Made by a program: the position numbers and the translations under genes. A stretch of DNA of 64,000 nucleotides, taken from the NCBI GenBank assembly GCA_963817915.1, contig CAWFQL010000003.1, forward strand, positions 64,001 to 128,000, written 5' to 3'. This document shows, in pieces, positions 18,897-29,579 of this stretch. Position 1 is the stretch's first letter. Each line of letters opens with the position of its first letter. The DNA comes from an uncultured candidate division Zixibacteria bacterium. GTDB taxonomy: Bacteria > Zixibacteria > MSB-5A5 > UBA10806. The notes under the pieces were generated by a model, which made no database searches, had not been told where the DNA came from, and saw only the letters and a program-made list of their open reading frames with translations.

Positions 18897-19304
18897 TAGA
18901 TTTTTTCTCCTATAAAAATCATACTTGCACGCGAATATACATTGTTTTTCATTAGAGTTCCAGAGTGAAATTGAAAATATGGAAATTCGATTGCGATTCG
19001 AGAATAATTGCTATTTAGCATGATCCGTATTGGCTGCCTAAGCCAGATATGCTATTTTATATAGGAAGGGGGTTTGTGAGCAGAAAATTTCTTGATTTTG
19101 ACATTTATCCTTCACAAATCCTTAAATAAGATGGCCAAACGACATTTTTGGAAAAGCTAAAATTAACATATCGTTCGATTAATAATTACACTAAAGCAAT
19201 ACCTATATATAATACAAAACGGATTAAAAAGCCATTGACATCCATTAAGGCAATATTATATTTATATGCATGCTTAGATAATAGCATTTAGAATTTTATC
19301 CCGG

Positions 19305-20945
19305 TTGACCTTTGGCGCGGGAGGATTACTGACCAAATTAGCGTTTGCCATAACTATCAGCTTAATTATTAATTTCAATGTCTTTGCCCAAGTGGATACA
19401 TCCTGGGTTCGGGCATATAATCAGTTTGAAGGCGGAACAGATTGTCCAGTTGCAATTGATGTCGATAATGCCGGAAACGTATATGTGACTGGGGCTAGCC
19501 GTGCGGCTACGGGAGGCGCCAATTTTAATACAATTAAATATAATTCTAATGGAGATACTTCCTGGTTACGGTCATATGGTGGTGGTGGAAATTATGATGA
19601 TAGTCCCGTGGCATTAAAAGTTGATGCTGTGGGTAATGTATATGTGGCTGGGTTTGTCGTATATTACCCTGGAGGGTATGATTATATAATAATCAAATAT
19701 CTTTCTAATGGCGATATCGACTGGATAAGACCATACGAAAATGGAAACATCTACGGTGTTGGTCAATCACTTGTTTTGGGGGGATCTGGAAACATATATT
19801 TAACTGGATATGCAACGGAACCCCATGACAATTGGGATTTGCTGTTAATCAAATATAGGCCTGATGGTGACACTGCTTGGATCAGATCATATAATGGTCC
19901 TGCTAATGGCTATGAGGCTGGGCAATCAATGTGCGTTGATAATAATGAAAATATAATTATCACCGGCATTATCCAAGATTCACTGACGAGATTTGCCGAT
20001 ATCTTAACAGTTAAATTTGATTCTTCGGGAAATCAGCTATGGGCCGCAAGGTATAATGGTGCAACGGATTTCTACGATAGCGGCAGATATATTGCGGTCG
20101 ATAGAGACGGTGCAGTGTATGTCGCCGCCATTAGCCCTCAGTACAATTCCAACGATGATATCCTCTTGATAAAATATAATGCCGATGGCGATACTGTCTG
20201 GACCCGCTTATATGATGGGTCTGCACATATGGGTGATTTTGTCACTGGTCTGGGAATAGACTATGAGGGAAATATAATTATTTCCGGACTATTCATGGAC
20301 GGGTCGCACGAAGCTTATGACGGAAAGATTATCACGCTGAAATATGATTCTGAAGGAAATATTATCTGGCAGCGCATTTACGGTGAGACTCGTTTGACTT
20401 ATCCTATTCCTTCAAGTATGTGTCTTGACGCTGCCGGCAATATTTATATTACCGGCAAAACAGGTCAAGGGCTGCTTGCATTAAAATATTATTCTAATGG
20501 CGATTCCGCATGGTCATGGACTTACATCCCCCACTCATATGGCGGGGCCATTGTCGTCGACGCATTTTCGAATGTTTATTTAACCGGACGCACCTCCGAG
20601 TTAGAAGGACAATCGCATTACTTAACAATCAAGCTTGTACAAACTGCTTTGGGAACAGATGATTATACAGTTATTTCCAATATCGATTACAATCTCAATT
20701 CCAATTACCCCAACCCCTTTAATCCATCGACTACTATCAAGTATTCTCTCTCTCAACAATCAAATATTTGTTTATCAGTCTATAATCTGCTAGGCCAAAA
20801 GGTAGCAACTTTATTTGATGGAAGCGCAGAGGCGGGGGAATACAGTTTAATCTGGAATGCCCGCGATATGCCGTCGGGCATATACTTTGCAAGACTGACA
20901 GCCGCTGGCAAAACAAGCAACATTAAAATGGTACTAATGAAATAG
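19305..20945 (+). CDS. Secreted beta-propeller (SBBP-like repeat) protein with Por/T9SS-type C-terminal domain
   Basis: Repeated VD..GNVYVTG..IKY..NGDT.W units; NYPNPFNPSTTI..SGIYF..KMVLMK C-terminal domain. Likely start is CTG at 19329. Confidence 0.85.
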   Translation: MTFGAGGLLTKLAFAITISLIINFNVFAQVDTSWVRAYNQFEGGTDCPVAIDVDNAGNVYVTGASRAATGGANFNTIKYNSNGDTSWLRSYGGGGNYDDSPVALKVDAVGNVYVAGFVVYYPGGYDYIIIKYLSNGDIDWIRPYENGNIYGVGQSLVLGGSGNIYLTGYATEPHDNWDLLLIKYRPDGDTAWIRSYNGPANGYEAGQSMCVDNNENIIITGIIQDSLTRFADILTVKFDSSGNQLWAARYNGATDFYDSGRYIAVDRDGAVYVAAISPQYNSNDDILLIKYNADGDTVWTRLYDGSAHMGDFVTGLGIDYEGNIIISGLFMDGSHEAYDGKIITLKYDSEGNIIWQRIYGETRLTYPIPSSMCLDAAGNIYITGKTGQGLLALKYYSNGDSAWSWTYIPHSYGGAIVVDAFSNVYLTGRTSELEGQSHYLTIKLVQTALGTDDYTVISNIDYNLNSNYPNPFNPSTTIKYSLSQQSNICLSVYNLLGQKVATLFDGSAEAGEYSLIWNARDMPSGIYFARLTAAGKTSNIKMVLMK

Positions 20946-21162
20946 CATTTGGCATAATTTGCGCTATTGTTTGCCCAACCCGAAAAATTGTACTTATCAA
21001 TTAGAAAATCTTCGGCGTGTTTTTATATCTAGTCATGATTAGCCCAATATATTAGAGCGTTTCCACTCATTGTTTAATGCATAATAAAATTCCGCGGTTA
21101 ATATCCCTTGACATCTCATCATATTGCAGGCATTTTCATCAATAAATTTGGGGGTATATTTA

Positions 21163-22192
21163 ATGGCGAATCCGAAAAACATATCTAACCTGCTGGCGTT
21201 CAGAATGGCGTCGCATACGCTTCGCAATATGATAACCAAAAAGCCGATCTGCATAGCGTTGGAAGTAACCCACAACTGCACCGCCAACTGCCGCCATTGC
21301 GATAAGGGACCGAAAGTCGATGACCATGCGGTCGGGGCGTTAGAATATAAAAAGATTTGCGATGAGCTGTCGCCATCGATGATTCAAATCGCCGGTGGGG
21401 AGCCGTTGAAACGGGCCGAACTGCCCGAAATAGTCAGGGCATTATACAATCCCGATAAAATCCCGTTTCTGGTCGTAGTCACCAACGCGTCCTTATTGAC
21501 CAAAGAAAAATATCTCGAACTGCGCGAGGCTGGGATAAAGCAATTCTCGATCTCGCTCGATTTCCCCGATAGCCGCCACGATGATTTCCGCCGAATTCCC
21601 GGACTGTTTGACCATTTGAATAAATTGATACCGGAATTAATCGCCATGGGCAATGGCGATGTTACAGTCAATACCTGCATCACGAGGGTTAATTATCCCT
21701 ATCTCATGGATATAATCAAGAAAGTGGCATCATGGGAGGCCAAGCTCAATTTCTCGGCCTATACCGATTTACGCACTCATGACGAGCAATACAATTTGAG
21801 GCATCCCGAAGACACGGTCACAATTCGACAAAATTATCGATCAGATATATTCCGATGAGACAGCGGCAAGTTGTGTGATGACATCGCAAAAGGTCATGCG
21901 TCGTTTCAATAGATTCTATAAAGAGAAATGCTATATCCCCAATTGCCAGACCGGATACAAATTTCTGATTGTCAATCCCGATGGCACCCTGACGCCTTGC
22001 GCCATGTTCATCAAGGATCGTTATAAGAGCCAGAAGGAATTGATCGAAAAATTCGTCAAAAAGACCGATTGCGGGGGATGCTATATCTCGATCCGCGCCA
22101 ATACCGAAAAATCACTGTGGGAACTCTTAACCGATAATCTGCGTGCCTACAAACTCGGCCTGAAAAGCGCCGCGAAATATGGGACAAGGTGA
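21163..22192 (+). CDS. Radical SAM protein with SPASM/twitch-like C-terminus (one frameshift near 21820)
   Basis: CTANCRHC and GGEPL. Removing one base near 21820 joins the 21875..22192 segment (C..G..PDG..PC..CGGC). Confidence 0.8.
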
Positions 22193-22206
22193 TTTTGCTG
22201 TCTGCT

Positions 22207-22396
22207 GCGTGTCGCAGTTTACTGCGACCGCAAGCCATGCATCAGCGGTCAAAGCAAGCTTTGACACGCAACGAAAGTTTTCCGTAGTGGCTCAAAATTT
22301 TGAGCCCTCTTATGCAGTAGTGGTTTGTTTTGCCGCGTGTCACAGTTTACTGTGACCGCAAACCATGAATCAAACGGTCAAAGCAAGCTTTGACAC
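22207..22396. repeat. Two direct copies of an inverted-doublet hairpin element (REPIN-like)
   Basis: 22207-22269 and 22335-22396; each is GTGTC-hairpin-GACCGC followed by an inverted partner. Confidence 0.8.
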
Positions 22397-22419
22397 AAAA
22401 GGAAATCATTTTCTTCTTA

Positions 22420-22513
22420 TCATTCCGCACCCACCACAGCGGGTCTAAATCGGCTTGATGCGGAATCTAGCCTTGAAATAACTCGCAAGATTCCTGCTTT
22501 CGCAGGAATGACA
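22420..22513. repeat. TCATTCC..GGAATC / GATTCC..GGAATGAC palindromic repeat pair
   Basis: Same family as the units at 11517 and 12620. Confidence 0.7.
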
Positions 22514-22514
22514 A

Positions 22515-23993
22515 TCACTCCCCGGAATCGTATTCCTTCTTCGCTTGTTGCGCTAATCTATATAATTCCCAGTACGGCGGGCGATAGCCGTTGGTAGTCT
22601 GAAATTGATCGGCGAGCTGAAGGACGCGCGCTTTGATTTTCGCGTGCATCGATGATAGGTACTTATTCCGCAAGGCGCTTTCGGCATTCATGCCTTCGGG
22701 TACCGGGCCGATCTTATTGAATCGATTCAATATCCAGCAATAGAGCTTCATCACTCTGCCAACCGGCAATAGGAAACTATTGTATTTCAATCGTTCGCCT
22801 TTGTCCGCGCCTTCCAGCAAGGCATCGATAACCGCATTGTCGACATGATCCTTATATAACGTTTCGATATCGCGCCATTCTGCCACAACCTTGACCTGCG
22901 GATCGTATTCCAAATCCGATGGCGCCTGCGTATCGAAGTGAGTCACCCCGAATGCCGCAAGCCACGAGACCACACCCGGCGATGATATATGTGTCAGCTT
23001 CGACCACAATGTTATGCCCGCCTTTTTATATGGATCATAGACCACCTCAGAACAGAACATTTTTTTATCATCATTGGAATCCATAGCGAAATCGTAGGGG
23101 ATATGCCTGTTTTTGGCATCGTCCAGCATCGCTTTTGCGACTTTATGAGGAAGCATCGGATCGGCCTTTAATTGGGGCAAATCATGCCGAAGCCTAAGCA
23201 CCATTACACGGAGCTTTTTGTCATTGAGATAATCCTGCAATGACGCTATCGCGACACCTTTTTCAATATGCGATTCGATTATCGAGGCGATACTTGTCGC
23301 CGAATCCACATAGACCAAGGCGGCATGCGAGAAATTGCCTTGAAAATTATTTCCTCTGGCAATCAAAGCCGATGTTGGCGCGCCGCCCCGCGATATCAAA
23401 ATATCGCCGCTGTGGATTGTCACGCCCAATATGCGAGTGAAGGGTGTCGCCGATGGTTCATCCGAACATTGCAGTAATGGCGCTAGCGAATCCGGAGACC
23501 GTTGAAGCATGATCTCTTCCAGTGCCGCCCTGGCCCCGTATAGCAGACGATAAATCGATATTTGCGCCGCGGTCGAACTCATGTCCCAATTCAATGATTG
23601 CGTTTTGATCACATTTCTGAGCCTGACTACGAATGATTGATAATCATTAAAATGCTCCGGAAACGCCCCAATCATCACTGCCGACGAAAAAGCATTTTCT
23701 TCAAGCCGTGTAAATAACGGTGAATCTGCCGTCGCGTTAAAAGTTGAAATGGAATCAAGTAAACTGTTTCCGTTATTCAGGCTCCAGATAATCGTCGGCG
23801 CCAATTTCTCTGATCCGATCGATTTGCATTTCAGGAATTGCTTTTCGAGCTCTTGCCAACGGTCATCTTGCTTCCATTCGAATGGCTGTTTTTCGCTGCC
23901 CTTTTCAATTACTGTTTCAGGGATGGGGATCAACAGGACAAGATATAATAGAGCCAAAGAGATTAGGCCGATTTTTGCGATTTTCCGAATCAC
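22515..23993 (-). CDS. Permuted papain-like NlpC/P60 amidase (YiiX/YebB-like), membrane anchored
   Basis: GDILISRG..S..I..FSHAALV precedes YDF..D..MFCSEVV (His before Cys). Confidence 0.82.
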   Translation of the reverse strand: MIRKIAKIGLISLALLYLVLLIPIPETVIEKGSEKQPFEWKQDDRWQELEKQFLKCKSIGSEKLAPTIIWSLNNGNSLLDSISTFNATADSPLFTRLEENAFSSAVMIGAFPEHFNDYQSFVVRLRNVIKTQSLNWDMSSTAAQISIYRLLYGARAALEEIMLQRSPDSLAPLLQCSDEPSATPFTRILGVTIHSGDILISRGGAPTSALIARGNNFQGNFSHAALVYVDSATSIASIIESHIEKGVAIASLQDYLNDKKLRVMVLRLRHDLPQLKADPMLPHKVAKAMLDDAKNRHIPYDFAMDSNDDKKMFCSEVVYDPYKKAGITLWSKLTHISSPGVVSWLAAFGVTHFDTQAPSDLEYDPQVKVVAEWRDIETLYKDHVDNAVIDALLEGADKGERLKYNSFLLPVGRVMKLYCWILNRFNKIGPVPEGMNAESALRNKYLSSMHAKIKARVLQLADQFQTTNGYRPPYWELYRLAQQAKKEYDSGE

Positions 23994-24100
23994 GCAATAT
24001 CATATATAATGAATTCAATTCAGACAAGCGAATATCTGATATCGACCCGAAGGTAATTTTGAAATACAAGTTTAAGCAAATTAGAGGGTTAAGTCAGTTC

Positions 24101-24187
24101 GTAGTCCCGACATGAAATGTCGGGCGTGAACTGACTTTTTGGGAGCGCAAATAGGCGGCAGGTCACGTCCGGCGGCTGCCGGACTAC
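24101..24187. repeat. GTAG-REP inverted doublet (REPIN-like)
   Basis: GTAGTCCCGACATGAAATGTCGGGCGTGAACT plus an inverted GTAGTCCGGCA..CCGGACGTGA unit; related doublet at 61556-61723. Confidence 0.75.
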
Positions 24188-24386
24188 GACTTGCCGCAAC
24201 GGAAAAATCTATCCTGACAAGCGAATATCCGGTTTTGACTTGAGGGCAATTTTCTCCATACAATTTCAAATGAAAACCAAACCATAAGACGTCTCTATTT
24301 AAAGGCTTTCCGATTTTATTGAATAATTTATGCGATCAGGTGTATTGCTATTCTGAAATATAAAATTTTATGAAGGGAGTTTTACA

Positions 24387-26441
24387 ATGTTTTCGTTAGG
24401 ATTAATTTTGGAGCTGGTGATAGCGGCGATAATTATCTTCGTCGTCTTTATATTGCCATCGATCAGGAATATCGGTCCGACAGAAGTCGGATTGGTCATC
24501 AAAAGATTTTCAGTGAAGAAGCTGCCGGATGATAACCCCATAGCGTTCAGGGGCGAGGCGGGCTACCAGGCGGATCTGCTTATGCCGGGATTCAGATTCA
24601 AATTCTGGGTGCTTTATAGTGTGGAGAAATTTCCCTGGGTGCAGGTGCCCGCCGGCGAAATCGGGGTTGTGATCGCGCAGGTCGGACAGCCTTTGCCGAC
24701 AGGAGCCAAATCGGCCATCTATAAAAAAGAGCATGGCGATTTTACTCGGCTCAGAGAATTTGTCACCAATGGCGGCCAAAAAGGCGTGCAGCGTCCGGTC
24801 CTGGCTCCTGGTACATTGGCGCCGATTCATCCGGTCGGCTTTATGGTCATAACAAAAGAAAAGGTTTACGGCGTGCCGGTTGCGCCCGAGTACAAACGAT
24901 TGGCTGACAAAGGCCAGCTAATTCCGATGTCATTCGGGCTTGAGCCTGATAAGCTCGATGTTACCCGTATTCAACCTCGAAAAGTGTCACTGCTTCCGCC
25001 CGGTGTCGATGACCCCAAGATCGATCGCGCCAGAATCGACGAACGAGCTCGAATAGTCGATATGGTCGGCATCGTGACCGTCTATGAAGGTCAGCCGTTG
25101 GAGTCCGGTGATATCGCCAGTCGTTTGGGTGGATTCAAGGATATCGAAGAACTCGAAAGCCAGCCCAATATCACCGATTTCCAATTGCAGGAAAAACTGC
25201 TTGGGAGCAAGAATCATCTTCATAATAACTATCAGGACTTTCAGGCATTCTTAGACAATGGCGGCAAAATCGGGCTTCAATATGATCCATTGCTTTACGG
25301 CGCGTACACCATAAATCCATTTCTCGTGTCGGTCGAGTTAGTGCCGATGTTGGTTGTTGAGCAAGGGCAAGTGGCCGTTATTAAATCCTATGTCGGCTTG
25401 CCGACCAAAGACACATCGGGAATCGAATTCAAGTATGGCTCGCTGGTCCGCCCCGGAAGGAGAGGTATCTGGCAGGAGGCGCTCAGGACGGGCAAGTATC
25501 CGATTAATCCGCATTGCTATGTCGCCGAAATCGTGCCGACAGCGATTTTAACATTGAACTGGGCCGAGGCGGTTTCGCAAGCGCATAATCTTGACCGCAA
25601 TCTCAAACAGATCACTGCCAAGAGCAAAGAAGGATTTATTTTTGATATCGATTTGCAGGTGCAGATTCATGTGCCCGATACCAAGGCTCCGCGCGTAATA
25701 TCGATGGTCGGTACGATGCAGAATCTTGTCAATGAGGTCTTGCAGGCGGCTGTCGGCAATCATTTCCGCGACAAGATTCAGAGCATGCCGGCGGTATCAT
25801 TTATAGAGACCCGTCAGATGGTGCAGGAGGATGCCTTCAGGCATATTTCGAATAAGCTTTCGGAATATCAGGTAGAAACCAAAGGCGTCTATATCCAGGA
25901 TGTCATATTGCCGGAGGCATTGGTCGCGGTGCTGACACAGAGAGAAATCGCCAATCAGCAAATCGATACATTCAAGAAGCAAAGAGAATCGCAGGAGCAG
26001 CGTATTCTCATGGAAAATACCAAAGGCACTGCCGATATGCAGGCCGAATTGGCGAAATCGAAAGTTGAAATCAGCATCAAGGGCAATAGAGCCGATGCCC
26101 GCAAGGCCGAGGCCGATGGCGAATCGACCTATATCGAAAAGACCGGTACTGCTCAAGGCGCCAAAGTAAAAGCTATTGGATTAGCCCGAGCCGAGGCGTT
26201 CGAACGGCAAGTATCGGCGTTGGGCCAGGTGCCGACCGCGATTGTCAATACGATTACCGCTCTGGCTGAGAATGGCGTCAAGATAATGCCGGATACATTG
26301 GTAACCGGTGGTGGCGGCGCACTCGATGGAGCATTGGCATCGCTGATGGCGTATTTGCGTCCACAACAATCTTCCGCACCAACCGTGTCCAAGAAAAAGC
26401 AGGCCGCATCAGAAAGCGCCGAAGGCAAAGATTCAATGTAA
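24387..26441 (+). CDS. SPFH/band-7 (flotillin-like) membrane protein
   Basis: N-terminal TM, repeated beta modules, SPFH core (SKEGF..LQVQIHV..RVISMVGT), Ala/Glu coiled-coil tail. Confidence 0.85.
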   Translation: MFSLGLILELVIAAIIIFVVFILPSIRNIGPTEVGLVIKRFSVKKLPDDNPIAFRGEAGYQADLLMPGFRFKFWVLYSVEKFPWVQVPAGEIGVVIAQVGQPLPTGAKSAIYKKEHGDFTRLREFVTNGGQKGVQRPVLAPGTLAPIHPVGFMVITKEKVYGVPVAPEYKRLADKGQLIPMSFGLEPDKLDVTRIQPRKVSLLPPGVDDPKIDRARIDERARIVDMVGIVTVYEGQPLESGDIASRLGGFKDIEELESQPNITDFQLQEKLLGSKNHLHNNYQDFQAFLDNGGKIGLQYDPLLYGAYTINPFLVSVELVPMLVVEQGQVAVIKSYVGLPTKDTSGIEFKYGSLVRPGRRGIWQEALRTGKYPINPHCYVAEIVPTAILTLNWAEAVSQAHNLDRNLKQITAKSKEGFIFDIDLQVQIHVPDTKAPRVISMVGTMQNLVNEVLQAAVGNHFRDKIQSMPAVSFIETRQMVQEDAFRHISNKLSEYQVETKGVYIQDVILPEALVAVLTQREIANQQIDTFKKQRESQEQRILMENTKGTADMQAELAKSKVEISIKGNRADARKAEADGESTYIEKTGTAQGAKVKAIGLARAEAFERQVSALGQVPTAIVNTITALAENGVKIMPDTLVTGGGGALDGALASLMAYLRPQQSSAPTVSKKKQAASESAEGKDSM

Positions 26442-26464
26442 AACGGGCAATTGCCAATTGACCA

Positions 26465-26492
26465 CAAGGGGGACGATATGTCCCCCTTTTTT
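26465..26492 (+). terminator. Intrinsic terminator
   Basis: AAGGGGGAC-gatat-GTCCCCCTT followed by a T-run. Confidence 0.85.
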
Positions 26493-26867
26493 ATCGCTTC
26501 AATATATAAATAATCTAAATGCGATATGTATAGTATATGTAAGTATATGTAAACACTTTACATATTCATGTATGTGTGCCAATTACGGGAATTCATCGCT
26601 AAATCGCTCTAATTTAATTCGATTCTCTAAAATTATTTATTAATAAAATCAATTCCTAATAGTGTGCTGTCGATAATAATAGACGGAGTAGCAATCACAG
26701 GGTGTTAAATTAAAACAATACAATTCCCATGAGTATTAATAGACTCTCCCAACCCTGTTTTTAATTCATTATCTAAATGTGGTTTATGTCCACATCAAAT
26801 CTATGGCACTTTTTACTGTATGGGATGGTTTAACAGCTATGAGGTCGAATCTGGACAAAAATTGCAT

Positions 26868-26896
26868 TTGTCCGAATCCGATTTTTCCGCTATAAT
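26868..26896 (+). promoter_or_regulatory. Sigma-70 promoter of the multiheme cytochrome operon
   Basis: TTGTCC-N17-TATAAT. Confidence 0.6.
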
Positions 26897-26932
26897 CTTA
26901 ATGGGACGATAATTTTAATCCAGGGGGTATTC

Positions 26933-27838
26933 CTGCAGGTAAGACGTGACGCTACTGGGGCCGAGGGGAAATCAAGGTACAGATTACTTATAAGAATTGT
27001 CCATATTGTCGCATTAATAATATTCGCGGTCTTCCTCTTCCAGGGCATTTCTTATTATCTGGCGCCGTTTTCCCAAAGGCCTCATTTAGAAGATTATAGG
27101 ATTTTGCGACCGGCGGCGATCTATGGCCATACGTTCGGAGTCGTAGGCTCGTTCTTTATGATTTGCATGTTGTCGTATACTCTAAGGAAAAGGATCAAGC
27201 TATTCAAGAATTGGGGATCGATCGGCAAATGGCTCGACATTCATATATTTCTCGGTATCTATGGTCCATTGCTTGTGATTTTGCATTCGACCTTCAAGGT
27301 GCAGGGATTGGTTGCTGTCAGCTTCTGGTCGATGGTTGCGGTCGCGACGAGCGGAATATTCGGTCGATATCTATATCTACAGATCCCGAGGAATATCCAC
27401 GGCGACGAACTCAGCGTCAAGGAGCTCGATGAAATGAGCCAGGGGTATTACGATAAATTGAAAAATGAATTTGGCTTTACCGATGAAACATTAAAGAGCC
27501 TGAAAGAGCATAGTACTTCTGGAATAGATAAGAGCGTAGGTCCGGCAATGGTACTCTGGATACTTATTAAGGACGATATAAAGCATATATTCTCGGGGCG
27601 AAAGGAACAGAGAAAATTGGCGTCGAAGCTGAATATACCGCGCGAAGCAATATCTCGATTTCTTAAATCTAACCGCCGTCAAAATCTTCTCGAGCGAAGA
27701 ATAGCCCTTATGAATGGGGTTCAGCAGATGTTTCATTACTGGCATGTAATTCATAAGCCGTTCGCGTTCGTAATGTACATAGTAATGTTAGTGCATATAG
27801 TAGTGGCAGTCTGGACAGGATACAAATGGATATTCTAA
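26933..27838 (+). CDS. Inner-membrane cytochrome-b / ferric-reductase-like protein
   Basis: Several TM helices with His residues (WLDIHIFLG..ILHSTF; WHVIHKPF..VHIV). The frame is open upstream of the tracked 27104 start and adds another TM; CTG at 26933 follows an AGGGGGT RBS. Confidence 0.75.
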   Translation: MQVRRDATGAEGKSRYRLLIRIVHIVALIIFAVFLFQGISYYLAPFSQRPHLEDYRILRPAAIYGHTFGVVGSFFMICMLSYTLRKRIKLFKNWGSIGKWLDIHIFLGIYGPLLVILHSTFKVQGLVAVSFWSMVAVATSGIFGRYLYLQIPRNIHGDELSVKELDEMSQGYYDKLKNEFGFTDETLKSLKEHSTSGIDKSVGPAMVLWILIKDDIKHIFSGRKEQRKLASKLNIPREAISRFLKSNRRQNLLERRIALMNGVQQMFHYWHVIHKPFAFVMYIVMLVHIVVAVWTGYKWIF

Positions 27839-29577
27839 GACATATTATTCGAAGAGATATCGGTCGATCAACTGTAGTTACTGCGGTCCGCTGGATAAAA
27901 ATTCTTGTATATATTCTACTGGTATCATTTATTCTGGCATCTTCAGACGCCTTCGCGCAACTCTCACCCGGTAAATTATCAAAAGCGCATTCTGACCTCG
28001 AAGGTGTTGAGCACTGTAGTCAATGTCATGACTTTCAAGAGAAGTTATCGTCGGACAAATGCTTGACCTGTCACAAGACGCTTGGTGAACGAATAAAAGG
28101 CAGCAAAGGGTTGCACAGCAGACCAGAGTATTCACAATGTCAGACATGTCATATCGAGCACCAGGGACGCGATTTTCAGTTGGTTTACTGGAAAGATGGA
28201 GAGCAGAATTTCGATCATACATTGACAGGATATACATTAGAAAATAAGCATGTCGGCCTTAAATGCCGCAAGTGCCATTTGCCGCAGAATATTAAGAATA
28301 AAGAAATTATGATAAGCGATAAGACAAATCAGGATCACACTTACCTCGGGCTTGATAAGGAATGTAATACTTGTCATATCGATAAGCATCGAGGTCAGTT
28401 CAAGGATTCCTGCCAGAAATGCCATAATACGACCGGTTGGAAGCCTTTATCGGGATTCGATCATTCTAAGACAAATTACATTTTGACCGGCAAGCATATT
28501 GATGTTAAATGCGGCAAATGCCATCCTGAGATAGTCGACAATCGTTCATTGGAAGATAGCTCGTACGCTAAATTTGCCGGAGTGGCCTACAAACAATGTC
28601 TCGATTGCCATCAGGATATTCATAAAGGAAAATTCGGCCAGACCTGCGAAACATGCCACAATACCGGCGGCTGGATGAGTATCGCCCATAACAAATTTGA
28701 TCACAATAAAACCAATTATCCATTATTGGGAAAGCATATCACTGTAATTTGCGAGAAATGCCACAAACCGGGAAAACCGCTCAAGGGATTGAAATATAAT
28801 AACTGCGCGGATTGTCATAGCGATTATCACGTTGGGCAGTTTGCGAAAGCGGCGACAAGTCTAAAGTGCGAAAAATGTCACACAGTTTTTGGTTACTCGC
28901 CTTCTAAGTATACTATCGCCAACCATGATACCAGCGGATATCCGTTGGCGGGAAGCCATTTGGCAGTGCCCTGTATTTTGTGCCATATGAAAATTAAAAT
29001 GGCCGATGGTAGCGATAATGTCAGATTCAAGTATGATTCTGCTCATTGCAAGGATTGCCATAAGAATCCGCATAAGGACCAGGTCGATAAATATCTGAAG
29101 GGGGATGGATGTGAATTTTGCCATAAGGTCGATAGTTGGAAGAAATCGACTTATGATCACGCCAAGGCGAAATTCGCTCTCGAAGGCAAACATATTAAAG
29201 CGGATTGTGTCGTCTGCCATAAACCAGTAAATGGTGAGAAGTCGGTTTATCAATTCGCGGGCTTGCCGAAAACCTGTCAGGAATGTCATAAGGATATTCA
29301 TCAGGGCCAATTTGCCAAGGCAGTTAAGGTGAAAAAGACCGAGCAGATGCTGACCGACTGCACTCGTTGCCATACTCCGAATTCATGGAAGGCCGAGAAA
29401 TTTGACCATGCTCGCGATTCAGTATTCAAGCTCGATGGCGCCCATCTCAAGGTAGTATGCGGCGGCTGTCACAAGAAGAAGAAGATTGATGATGTTGAAT
29501 ACGCGGTTTATAAGCCATTGGAAGTAACTTGCAGCTCATGTCACGCCGGCAAGAATTTTCAGAGTACCGGGGGATAG
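27826..29577 (+). CDS. 20-heme c-type cytochrome, Lys-rich, secreted
   Basis: Signal peptide ending AFA-QLSPG; 20 CxxCH counted; FDH..T.Y.L.GKH repeats. Confidence 0.92.
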   Translation: MDILRHIIRRDIGRSTVVTAVRWIKILVYILLVSFILASSDAFAQLSPGKLSKAHSDLEGVEHCSQCHDFQEKLSSDKCLTCHKTLGERIKGSKGLHSRPEYSQCQTCHIEHQGRDFQLVYWKDGEQNFDHTLTGYTLENKHVGLKCRKCHLPQNIKNKEIMISDKTNQDHTYLGLDKECNTCHIDKHRGQFKDSCQKCHNTTGWKPLSGFDHSKTNYILTGKHIDVKCGKCHPEIVDNRSLEDSSYAKFAGVAYKQCLDCHQDIHKGKFGQTCETCHNTGGWMSIAHNKFDHNKTNYPLLGKHITVICEKCHKPGKPLKGLKYNNCADCHSDYHVGQFAKAATSLKCEKCHTVFGYSPSKYTIANHDTSGYPLAGSHLAVPCILCHMKIKMADGSDNVRFKYDSAHCKDCHKNPHKDQVDKYLKGDGCEFCHKVDSWKKSTYDHAKAKFALEGKHIKADCVVCHKPVNGEKSVYQFAGLPKTCQECHKDIHQGQFAKAVKVKKTEQMLTDCTRCHTPNSWKAEKFDHARDSVFKLDGAHLKVVCGGCHKKKKIDDVEYAVYKPLEVTCSSCHAGKNFQSTGG

Positions 29578-29579
29578 GT

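Noticed and set aside
26520..26565. dif/XerCD site
   Set aside because: Does not match the 11-6-11 dif consensus.
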